Shown here piece by piece: positions 8,352-17,304 of a DNA stretch of 64,000 nt (position 1 is its first letter; every line of letters begins with the position of its first letter). The stretch is from an uncultured Rickettsiales bacterium. Lineage in GTDB: Bacteria > Pseudomonadota > Alphaproteobacteria > Rickettsiales > UBA1997. Under the pieces are notes generated by a model. It was not told the DNA's origin. It ran no database searches and saw only the letters and a program-made list of their open reading frames with translations. Both the position numbers and the translations under genes were made by a program. The stretch is from NCBI GenBank assembly GCA_944391075.1, contig CALXSG010000004.1:10445-74444 (forward strand). The letters run 5' to 3'.

Positions 8352-9175
8352 TTAATAATCTATTAATGTCATAGATATATTACATGCAATATTATTTAAA
8401 ATAGATGTATTATAATCTGTATAACCATCACCGCAACTACTTCTAATACTACCAATATTATAAATACCATCATCATATTTTAAATCATAATTTCTCAAAT
8501 ATTTAGGATCAATTTCTTGTGTGGTATATATTGTTATTTGATTTCCAGGTTTTATCTTATACTTATAATGCATTGGGTTATTTAAATCTTCTCTTCTATG
8601 TTCATAATAATATTGACAATTCTTTAATATTTTTGAGTTAGGTTTGGCTTTATCACCTTTTTTTCCATATGTTGATAAATTAGCTTCTTTAGGCACAAAA
8701 TCAATAATTTTAGCTAAATATAAATCAACAAATGGGGCAGATATTTCATTAGGTATACCATATCCACTTCCTCCATTTTGATTATATGGGGCTGGAAAAC
8801 TATTTGAATTATAAGTTTGACCACTAAAAAGTCCAATAGAGCCAGAACCATTTAAATCACCAGGAGCTCTACCATTTAATGCCTTAAAAGTAAAATATGC
8901 TTGTTTATAACTATTAATTTCATCACCTAATGCTTTAATTTTAGTACTTTCAATGAGACTAGCACCACCTGTAACACCAGCTATAAGAAGTCCTATTATT
9001 ATAAGTACAATTGATAATTCAATCAAAGAAAAAGCAAGAATATTATTTATTTTGAATTTAATGAAATTTTTATGTATACAATCAGTATTATTGTTTGAAT
9101 TAACTATTTTGTTAAATCGTTTATAAAAAGCACCCCCCCCCCTACAATTTTAACTACTTTTTTATTATTTCCCAT
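8352..9175 (-). CDS. Prepilin-type protein, paralog C. The leader is frameshifted at a G10 tract (apparent phase OFF)
   Basis: The ORF-track start at 9026 is again the TTG of LIEL. ATG 9175 is 149 nt upstream (mod 3 = 2) and terminates at a TAG after the tract. G11 or G8 restores MGNNKKVVKIVGGGGAFYKRFNKIVNS...ILAFSLIEL. The C-terminal Cys pair (SSCGDG...NIAC) resembles a pilin D-region. Confidence 0.8.
9133..9142 (-). repeat. Homopolymeric G10 tract in the leader-coding region of prepilin C
   Basis: Direct count in agcaCCCCCCCCCCtacaat. Confidence 0.9.
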
Positions 9176-9396
9176 ATTTATATTCAAATCATGTTATCAT
9201 ACTTCTAATTTTAATATATTTACAAATATTTTAAAATCAAGAATTTACTATGCATAATATTACCATATGTTAACAATTCTTTTTTTATTCACTAATTTTA
9301 CTGATAAATAATCTTATTTATTCATAAAAATAATTGTTTTTACAAGAGCATCGCTATACATTGATTCTATTAAATAGAATATTATTATTACTAAAA

Positions 9397-12300
9397 TTAT
9401 TTACTTTTCTCTATTTTTAATATTTCTATACTTTCAATACCATTTTTCTTTTCAATATCAACAATTTCATTTAAAGCAACGCCAATTAAAGCTTCACCAT
9501 AAAGTGTATGTTTATTAACAATGGCTATATCATTATCTATACAACTATTAGAATCTACAATTTTTATTTTAAACATTTTTCCATTATCTTTTTTTAATGT
9601 AATAATATCATTTAATTCAACAATATTTCTATTATTTAAAAATTTGTCTAATTTATTTTTAATGAATTTGATTTCTGTATCGTATATAACTTTGATTTGC
9701 TTATATTCTTTTATAAGTTGTGAATATTTTGCTATTACAATATTTTGATTTAATTTCCAATTATTAATTAAATTTTTAATTTTATACTTATTTATATTGA
9801 TGTTATATTGTTTTTGTTCTTCTTTTAGCTTTAAAATTAATAATTTTTCCTCAAAAATTAGCAATTGTTTTATATCATATTCGTTTAATGTTAAAAGAAA
9901 ATTTAAATCGCAATATCTTTTATATTCCGTATAGAGTTCTTTATAATATATTCTATTTTTCGCAACATAATAATTGTATTTGCGAATAGCATGTTTTTTA
10001 TTAAAATGTTTTAATATATTAATTTCTTTATTGATATAATTGAGTTTTTTATCAATATCTTTTAAAACACTGTATTTTGATTCTATATTATCAAATTCTT
10101 TAATATATTGATTCAAGTTTTTTCTTATTGTTTGCTTAATTTTTTTAATATTAATTAAAAAATCATAACTTTTATTGTAAAGATCTATAATTATTTTTGC
10201 ATTTTTTAAAATAAAATAATTATCATTATATAAAAATAATTCTAGAATATGTATATTTTCAATGTTATATTGTATATATTCTTCTCTTATATTATGTAAT
10301 TTTTGTTTTAATTTGCTTAATTCTTTAAAAATAATTACAGTTTCATTAAATATTGTGTTAAGTTTTACAAAAGTTTGAATATTAAATTTATTTTGATTGA
10401 TTTTTAATATAATAAAATGATATTTATTTATATTCAATTTATAATGAAATAGCTTTAATTTAATTTTGTATTTAATAATTTCCCTTTTGTGTAAGAGATA
10501 TTTTTTATTAGTCAACAATGTAGATAAATATTTTTCATCTAAAAACTCTCTAAGTTTTAAATATTCTAGTTCATTTAAGTTATAATAACTATTTTGTAAA
10601 TCTAAAAATTTAAGTAAATAACTGACTATTATCAAATTTTTATCTAAAGAATTTATATTAAAAAACTTATTGTGAATGTCATTTGCATTATTTATTATAT
10701 ATTCTTTTAATTTTTTAAAAGAATAATCCCAAAATTTATTATATAAATCTATTTCAGAACAAAACAAAAATGAGATTTTTTCAACACTCTGTAATTTTGA
10801 AATTTTATATGAATTCAATTCGTTATTAATAAATAATTTTTTTTGTTTTTCTAACCATTCATATAATCTTTGTTCTGAATTATTTCCTGTTTCTTCTGGT
10901 AATCTATCTCTATTTTCTATAAATTGTTTTAATTCTATAAAATTTACACTCCAACTCCCATAACTTCTTTTTATTATTTTTTCAAGAATAGCCTCTTCTA
11001 TTTGTTTATTATTAAAATTTTCTAATATTATAGAATCTTTTTTATCTTCTTCATGTTCTTCCTCATTTTCTTTTTTATTTATCTTATTATTCTTCTTTTT
11101 AAAATCCAAAAAAGACAAATTGATATAGCTTTCTATTCTTTCATCTTCATCTCCAATTTTCTTAATAATGTTAATCATTTCATTAAGATCTTTCTTTCTA
11201 ATCTTTATTTTTTTGTTTGTGCCTTCTTCTTCATATTCAACATTTTCAAAATTATTATCTAATGCTGTGTCAAAATTATTATCTGATAACTTTTCTTGAT
11301 AATATATTGGTATTACTATGTAACCGAATTCTTTTTCTTTTCCATCTTTATCTTTATATTTTCTCAATGCTCTTCCGGCTGACTGCACAATATCAATAGT
11401 GGATTTTTTAATATTTGAATAAAAAATCATATCAACTTTTGGAATATCAACTCCTTCTGACAAACACCTAGCATTTGAAATTAATGATTTTTCAGAATTC
11501 TTAAAATTTAACATTATTTCATTTCTTTTATCAGCATCTATTTTACTACTTATACAATAAGAATCAAAATTTTTAAAAAATTGTTTATGCCTATCAGCAA
11601 AATTTTCGGCCTTTTTAATTTTTGAATGAAATGTTATAGCATGTTTTAAATTATACTTTTCCATGATTAAATTACATGCATAATTATCAGCAATATCTTG
11701 ATATGATATATTTTTATCAATTATTTTTCCTGATTTTATATAGTTCTCTATCTCCAAATCAGTAATACCAACACCTATTATTTTATAATCAACTAAAATA
11801 TTTTCATCAATAGCCTTTTGAAAACTCATTTGATATATAACATCTCCAAAAGTTTTTATGTCATCCATATTAAAAACATTTTCATTTATATATTTATAAA
11901 CTTGATTGAACTGGCTATTATAATTATTATCATAATTCTTGTTATCATCATCAGTATTATAATAATCTGTATTAACCACTCTAGGTGTAGCAGTCATATA
12001 TAATCTTTTTTTAACTTTTATATAATCATTACTATGTATTTTTTTAAAATGTGTTATTTTTGAATTAATGATCTCTCCGGCTGTTCTATGTGCTTCATCA
12101 CAAATCGCCAAGTCAAACACTAACTCTTCATCCTTAATAGCTTTAATCACCTTATCTAAGGATTGATATGTAGAAAAAATAACTTTATTTTTACAGGTAT
12201 TAGCTAATAAAAAACTTTTTATTATATTACTATCAGTTGTAACCTTAAATACAGGTTCCTCAATAAATTCTTCATCATATTCCTCTTCATCATCCTCATC

Positions 12301-12561
12301 TACATCTTGGCTTGAACAAACACAAAGATAATTAAAATCAATATTTTTTTCTTCTTTCCAATTATCTTTAGTTTGTTTAATTAGGCTAATAGATGGAACC
12401 AATACAATAGTTAACTTTGACTTCAAAGCTTCATGTGTCCATAAAGAAATCAAAGTCTTTCCAGAACCACAAGGTAAAATAATTTTTCCCCTATCATTTT
12501 CTTTAAAATATTCAACAATACACTTTATAACATCTTCTTGATATTTATACGGTTTTTTCAT
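9397..12561 (-). CDS. Large SF2 (DEAH, ResIII-like) helicase with an HA-like domain, a long N/K/I-rich coiled region and a GreA/GreB-C-like C-terminus
   Basis: - Motif I LPCGSGKT, motif II DEAH, motif III MTATPR, motif VI QSAGRALR.
- Residues ~535-592 (SWSVNFIELKQFIENRDRLPEE...LYEWLEKQKK) resemble the helicase-associated (HA) domain.
- The last ~75 aa (IVD...VNKHTLYGEALIGVALNEIVDIE...IEILKIE) resemble the GreA/B C-terminal fold. Confidence 0.75.
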   Translation of the reverse strand: MKKPYKYQEDVIKCIVEYFKENDRGKIILPCGSGKTLISLWTHEALKSKLTIVLVPSISLIKQTKDNWKEEKNIDFNYLCVCSSQDVDEDDEEEYDEEFIEEPVFKVTTDSNIIKSFLLANTCKNKVIFSTYQSLDKVIKAIKDEELVFDLAICDEAHRTAGEIINSKITHFKKIHSNDYIKVKKRLYMTATPRVVNTDYYNTDDDNKNYDNNYNSQFNQVYKYINENVFNMDDIKTFGDVIYQMSFQKAIDENILVDYKIIGVGITDLEIENYIKSGKIIDKNISYQDIADNYACNLIMEKYNLKHAITFHSKIKKAENFADRHKQFFKNFDSYCISSKIDADKRNEIMLNFKNSEKSLISNARCLSEGVDIPKVDMIFYSNIKKSTIDIVQSAGRALRKYKDKDGKEKEFGYIVIPIYYQEKLSDNNFDTALDNNFENVEYEEEGTNKKIKIRKKDLNEMINIIKKIGDEDERIESYINLSFLDFKKKNNKINKKENEEEHEEDKKDSIILENFNNKQIEEAILEKIIKRSYGSWSVNFIELKQFIENRDRLPEETGNNSEQRLYEWLEKQKKLFINNELNSYKISKLQSVEKISFLFCSEIDLYNKFWDYSFKKLKEYIINNANDIHNKFFNINSLDKNLIIVSYLLKFLDLQNSYYNLNELEYLKLREFLDEKYLSTLLTNKKYLLHKREIIKYKIKLKLFHYKLNINKYHFIILKINQNKFNIQTFVKLNTIFNETVIIFKELSKLKQKLHNIREEYIQYNIENIHILELFLYNDNYFILKNAKIIIDLYNKSYDFLINIKKIKQTIRKNLNQYIKEFDNIESKYSVLKDIDKKLNYINKEINILKHFNKKHAIRKYNYYVAKNRIYYKELYTEYKRYCDLNFLLTLNEYDIKQLLIFEEKLLILKLKEEQKQYNININKYKIKNLINNWKLNQNIVIAKYSQLIKEYKQIKVIYDTEIKFIKNKLDKFLNNRNIVELNDIITLKKDNGKMFKIKIVDSNSCIDNDIAIVNKHTLYGEALIGVALNEIVDIEKKNGIESIEILKIEKSK

Positions 12562-12654
12562 TATATGTCAGTTATAATAATGTTTTAAATATACAACACA
12601 TAGTTTAAAAATCAATTAATTATAATAATAATTATATGTATTTATATTAAAAAT

Positions 12655-13278
12655 TTATTTATAATTTTCTCTTTTTTCTTTACCAAATTGAAAACCAACC
12701 ATATCAATAAGTTTCATAGGCGGATAATCATAGCAAAGTGATTCTTGTTCAAAATAAAAACACCAAATTTCTTTTAAAGATTTTTGCGATAAGGTCTGTG
12801 TTATTTTATTTTCTCTTAAAAATAATTTAAAATTGGTATCATATGCTGGTGTTGATGCAGAAGTGCCTAATAAAATTTTAGTAATCAATGTGTCTGTTGT
12901 TGATATTTCCCTATGCTCATAATATTTCTTTAATTTTTTAATAGTCTTATATACTATATCAGTATATGCATCTATTTCGTTAATATTTTTAGGATATTTT
13001 TTTAATTCTATTAAATCTTCAAGTAAAATTTTTATTATAGGCTTATGAATTAAATAATTATAATCTGTTAACAATTTTGAAGATCCTCTCATCATCCCCC
13101 AACTGCCCAAATATAAAGCTAAACTTCGTGCTAAAAAATCATCATCATAACTTTGTCTTGATTTTAATGCTTTATTAAAATCATCAAATATAATATTCCA
13201 AGAATAATATCTACCTTCTTCCTTATTTTTTATATCATTAATATTTAGAAAATTATCTATATATTTTTTAATCATCAT
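12655..13278 (-). CDS. Hypothetical protein (207 aa), immediately upstream of and co-oriented with the helicase
   Basis: Clean ORF with non-low-complexity sequence (LALYLGSWGMMRGSSKLL, ITKILLGTSASTPAYD). I recognise no family. Confidence 0.55.
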   Translation of the reverse strand: MMIKKYIDNFLNINDIKNKEEGRYYSWNIIFDDFNKALKSRQSYDDDFLARSLALYLGSWGMMRGSSKLLTDYNYLIHKPIIKILLEDLIELKKYPKNINEIDAYTDIVYKTIKKLKKYYEHREISTTDTLITKILLGTSASTPAYDTNFKLFLRENKITQTLSQKSLKEIWCFYFEQESLCYDYPPMKLIDMVGFQFGKEKRENYK

Positions 13279-13571
13279 AACTTATTATAAATAATATATT
13301 ATTATTAATAACTATTATAAATTATTCATATAAATTCAATCAAAAATTTAAGTATTTCAAAGCAGAAATAGACTATACAACTCTTTACAGAACGGAACAA
13401 GGGCAGAATGTATATATCTATACAGCTTATAAAATTTTAAAGAGTTTAGACATTGATCTATTAAATATAATAGATAATGCGATAGTTACTCAAACTTCAA
13501 AATAAAATAATAGTATATTAGCAAAAGTTGATAAGAATACTAAATAATTTTACTAGTATTCTCATATTTAA

Positions 13572-14240
13572 TTAATAAAATGTATTAAAGAATCTATCAC
13601 CCGCATCACCTAAACCAGGAACAATATAACCATTATCATTTAATTTTTCATCAATAGCCGTTGTATACATATTTATGTTAGGATAAAGATTTTTTACTTT
13701 ATTAATTCCTTCTGGTGCAGAAATTATATTTAACAATGTAATATTACTTTCAGGGACACCTTTACTAATATATAATTTTATAGCTTCAATAATAGAACCG
13801 CCTGTTGCTAACATTGGATCGCATATATAAACATAAGTATTTTTAGGTTTTTTAAATGTTTCTGGCAATTTATTATAATACCATACCGGTTCCAATGTTT
13901 TTTCATTTCTATACATACCTAAATGTTGAACTTTAAAAAATGGCAAGAAATTACAAACATTATTAGATATAGCAAGCCCTGCCCTTAAAATTGGAACAAC
14001 ATATATTTCATTATTATCATCAATAACTTTTGTTGTTGTTTTAATAATTGGTGTTTCAGTTTCAATTTCTTTTAATGGAAGATTTTGAGTAGCATTAATT
14101 GCTAAAATATCAGCTAATTTTGAAATTGCTTCTCTAAAATCTTTGCTATTTGTATTTTTATTTCTAATAATAGATAAATTATGTTCAACTAATGGATTTT
14201 TAATTAAATTTACTTTTTCCATAATACTAATACTACTCAT
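13572..14240 (-). CDS. upp: Uracil phosphoribosyltransferase
   Basis: 222-aa ORF. HNLSIIRNKNT, VPILRAGL, DPMLATGGS and GLGDAGDR motifs are typical of Upp. Confidence 0.92.
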   Translation of the reverse strand: MSSISIMEKVNLIKNPLVEHNLSIIRNKNTNSKDFREAISKLADILAINATQNLPLKEIETETPIIKTTTKVIDDNNEIYVVPILRAGLAISNNVCNFLPFFKVQHLGMYRNEKTLEPVWYYNKLPETFKKPKNTYVYICDPMLATGGSIIEAIKLYISKGVPESNITLLNIISAPEGINKVKNLYPNINMYTTAIDEKLNDNGYIVPGLGDAGDRFFNTFY

Positions 14241-14254
14241 ATATTTACACTTTT

Positions 14255-14290
14255 TGATATTAAAATAGCATCAAGATTACTTGATGCTAT
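14255..14290 (-). terminator. Rho-independent terminator after pflB
   Basis: 11-bp stem ATAGCATCAAG/CTTGATGCTAT (14265-14275 and 14280-14290) with a 4-nt loop. On the minus strand it is followed by TTTAAT. Confidence 0.65.
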
Positions 14291-14300
14291 TATTAATTAA

Positions 14301-16517
14301 TTACATGCAACTATTAATAGTTCTGCTAATAACATCTAATTGTTGTTCTTTTGTTAATTTAATGAAATTAACAGCATAACCAGAAACTCTAATTGTGAGT
14401 TGTGGATATTTTTCAGGATGGTTCATAGCATCTTCAAGTAATTCTCTAACAAATACATTTACATTAAGATGTTGACCACCTTTTGGTGTAAAGTAACCAT
14501 CAAGTAAAGATACAAGGTTAGTGATTTGCGAATCTTTGTCTTTACCTAATGCTTGTGGAGTAATTGCAAATGTGTATGAAATACCATCTCTTGAATAAGC
14601 AAATGGAAGTTTAGCAACAGAAGATAAAGCTGCAATAGCACCTTTTGTATCTCTACCATTCATAGGGTTAGCACCAGGAGCAAATGGAGTACCAGCTTTT
14701 CTTCCACAAGGTGTAGCACCTGTATTCTTTCCATAAACAACATTTGATGTAATTGTTAAAAGTGATTGAGTTGCTAATGCTCCTCTATATGTCTCATGGC
14801 TAGCCATATAACCCATAAATGTTTTTACTAAATCACAAGCAATTTTATCTGCTTCTTCATCATTATTTCCAAAAGGAACATAATCACCTTCTCTTTCAAA
14901 ATCAACAGCTAAACCTTGTTCGTTTCTAATAACTTTTACTTTGCAATTTTTAATAGCATTTAATGAATCAGCAACAATAGAAAGTCCTGCAATACCTGAT
15001 GCTTCAAATCTTTCTACATCTGTATCGTGTAAAGCCATTTCATATGCTTCATAATCATATTTGTCATGCATGTAGTGAATAATTTTTAAAGCATTACAAT
15101 ATGTTTTAGCAAGCCATTTCATCATTTGATTAAATTTTGCCATAACTTCATCATAATCTAAATATTCACTTGTAATAGGTTCAAACATAGGACCAACTTG
15201 ATCGCCATGAATTTCATCTTTACCGCCGTTTATAGCATAAAGTAAACATTTTACTAAATTAGCTCTTGCGCCGAAGAATTGCATTTGTTTACCAATTTTC
15301 ATTGATGAAACACAACAAGCAATACCATAATCATCACCATAAATTGGTCTCATTAAATCATCGTTTTCATATTGAATAGCAGATGTATCAATAGAAACTT
15401 TTGCACAGAATTTTTTCCAATTTTCAGGAAGATTTTCAGACCATAAAACTGTTAAGTTTGGTTCTGGTGCAGGACCTAAATTATATAATGTATTTAAGAA
15501 TCTAAAAGATGTTTTTGTAACAAGTGTTCTTCCATCAACACCCATACCACCAAGTGATTCTGTAACCCAAGTAGGATCGCCAGTAAATAATGAATTATAT
15601 TCAGGAGTTCTTAAGAATCTAACAATTCTTAATTTAATAATCATTTGATCTACTAACTCTTGTGCTTCTTCTTCTGTTAATTTTCCTTCTTCAATATCTT
15701 TTTCAATATAAATATCAAGGAAAGTTGAAACTCTACCAAGAGACATAGCAGCACCATCTTGATCTTTTACAGCTCCTAAATATGCAAAGTATACCCATTG
15801 TACTGCTTCTTTTGCATTTGTAGCAGGTTTTGATACATCAAAGCCGTAATTAGCACACATTTTTTTGAATGATTTTAAGGCATTGATTTGTTCTGTAAGT
15901 TCTTCTCTCTTTCTAATAATATCTTCAGTATATTCTTCACCACCCATATTTTTGAAATCTTTTTGCTTTTCCTCAATCAATCTATCAACACCATATAAAG
16001 CAACTCTTCTATAATCACCAATAATTCTACCTCTACCATAAGCATCAGGTAAACCTGTAATTATGTGAGCATGTCTGCAAGCTCTAATATCTTGATCGTA
16101 TGCTGAAAATACACCATCATTATGTGTTTTTCTGTATTTTGTAAAGATTTCTTTTGTTAATGGGTCAAGTTCATAACCATAAGATTTTAAAGCTGTTTCA
16201 ACCATTCTTAAACCACCTTTTGGAAAAATACCTCTTTTTAATGGTTTATCTGTTTGAAGTCCAACAATAGTTTCGTTGTCTTTATCAATATAACCTGCAC
16301 CATAAGTTTCAAGACTTTGTGGGAGTTTAGTTTCAGCATCATAAACTCCTTTTTCTCTTTCAACTTTAAACATTTCTGTAAGTTTATCCCAAACTTTTTT
16401 TGTTTTTTCTGTTGCTGGTTTTAAAAATTTATCATCACCAGTATATGGTTTATAATTTTCTTGTATAAAATCTCTAACATCAATTTCATCTTTCCAATAT
16501 TCACCTTTAAAGTTCAT
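14301..16517 (-). CDS. pflB: Pyruvate formate-lyase (formate C-acetyltransferase)
   Basis: Glycyl-radical motif RVSGYAVNF near the C-terminus, active-site GIACCVS, and an N-terminus ([27 protein letters not shown]) typical of PFL. I prefer the ATG at 16517, which has a GGAG RBS 8 nt upstream. The ORF track extends to 16583. Confidence 0.93.
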   Translation of the reverse strand: MNFKGEYWKDEIDVRDFIQENYKPYTGDDKFLKPATEKTKKVWDKLTEMFKVEREKGVYDAETKLPQSLETYGAGYIDKDNETIVGLQTDKPLKRGIFPKGGLRMVETALKSYGYELDPLTKEIFTKYRKTHNDGVFSAYDQDIRACRHAHIITGLPDAYGRGRIIGDYRRVALYGVDRLIEEKQKDFKNMGGEEYTEDIIRKREELTEQINALKSFKKMCANYGFDVSKPATNAKEAVQWVYFAYLGAVKDQDGAAMSLGRVSTFLDIYIEKDIEEGKLTEEEAQELVDQMIIKLRIVRFLRTPEYNSLFTGDPTWVTESLGGMGVDGRTLVTKTSFRFLNTLYNLGPAPEPNLTVLWSENLPENWKKFCAKVSIDTSAIQYENDDLMRPIYGDDYGIACCVSSMKIGKQMQFFGARANLVKCLLYAINGGKDEIHGDQVGPMFEPITSEYLDYDEVMAKFNQMMKWLAKTYCNALKIIHYMHDKYDYEAYEMALHDTDVERFEASGIAGLSIVADSLNAIKNCKVKVIRNEQGLAVDFEREGDYVPFGNNDEEADKIACDLVKTFMGYMASHETYRGALATQSLLTITSNVVYGKNTGATPCGRKAGTPFAPGANPMNGRDTKGAIAALSSVAKLPFAYSRDGISYTFAITPQALGKDKDSQITNLVSLLDGYFTPKGGQHLNVNVFVRELLEDAMNHPEKYPQLTIRVSGYAVNFIKLTKEQQLDVISRTINSCM

Positions 16518-16683
16518 ATTTACTCCATTTTTGTTAATAAAATTCATAAATCTTCTTATAACACATTTAATTCTTATTATCAAGAAAAAAATATTTTATA
16601 ATTTTTATCATAAATATATACTATAAATTATTAATTATTTATTTTAATAAAATTTCATAACAATATTTATAATAAAAATATTT

Positions 16684-17106
16684 TTATTTCTTTTCAGCAT
16701 AAATTTCCACTTTGTGATTTAGCATTTTATAACCATATTTATCGCATATTTGATTTAATAATTTATCTATTTCACCATCAGGAAATTCAATAATATCACC
16801 GCTAGCTGTATCAATTATATGATGATGGTGAAACGAAAATTTATCTGATTTTTCATAAAAAGTTTTACAACCTTTAAAATCATGTCTCTCAATTAAACCA
16901 ATATCACAGAATAAATTTAATGTTCTGTAAATAGTAGCCATGCCAATATTCTCATCCATCTTCTTAGTTCTATCATAAATATCGTCAACATTAAGATGAC
17001 AATTGTTTTCACTTAAAACTTTTAATACAGCTAATCTAGGTTTTGTTAAAGTAATGTTATTATCTTTTATTATCTTTGTAAAACAATCTAAAATATTTTC
17101 TGTCAT
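16684..17106 (-). CDS. fur: Fur-family metalloregulator
   Basis: Winged-helix region (TKPRLAVLKVL...ATIYRTLNLF) and an HHHH(I)ID metal-site motif. I prefer the ATG at 17106, preceded by a GGGGGA RBS. The ORF track extends to 17154. Confidence 0.85.
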   Translation of the reverse strand: MTENILDCFTKIIKDNNITLTKPRLAVLKVLSENNCHLNVDDIYDRTKKMDENIGMATIYRTLNLFCDIGLIERHDFKGCKTFYEKSDKFSFHHHHIIDTASGDIIEFPDGEIDKLLNQICDKYGYKMLNHKVEIYAEKK

Positions 17107-17167
17107 AAAATTTCCCCCATAAATAATGTATAGTGTGTATTTTAATAATTTCAATGTAAATATATTT

Positions 17168-17182
17168 TGATAATGATTATCA
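17168..17182. promoter_or_regulatory. Fur box (perfect 7-1-7 inverted repeat TGATAATgATTATCA)
   Basis: Exact palindrome matching the core of the GATAATGATAATCATTATC consensus. It lies in the divergent region between fur (ATG 17106) and the membrane-protein gene at 17305. Confidence 0.6.
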
Positions 17183-17304
17183 AAATCATAATATATATTA
17201 TTTTTTTATTGTCAAGAAGAAAAATATTATAATACTTGTACGATATTTCTTGCAATATTTATTTAAATATTTATTTTTTTAAATATATTTATTAAACATT
17301 ATTT

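Noticed and set aside
9637-10761. Highly repetitive-looking AT-rich DNA in the helicase 3' half. I considered a CRISPR array, a tandem repeat or intergenic junk.
   Set aside because: It stays in one open reading frame for >1 kb, continuous with the helicase core and the GreA-C-like end. There are no regularly spaced identical repeats. It is low-complexity coding sequence.
6418-13505. The pilin array plus the helicase block as a mobile genetic element or genomic island.
   Set aside because: I recognised no integrase, transposase, tRNA attachment site or flanking direct or inverted repeats. Island status can only be tested by comparative genomics.
13507-13571. 9-bp stem AGAATACTA/TAGTATTCT downstream of upp, as a possible terminator.
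   Set aside because: The loop is large (11 nt) and the tail is non-U-rich (TATCAAC...). Its plausibility is comparable to chance palindromes in AT-rich spacers.
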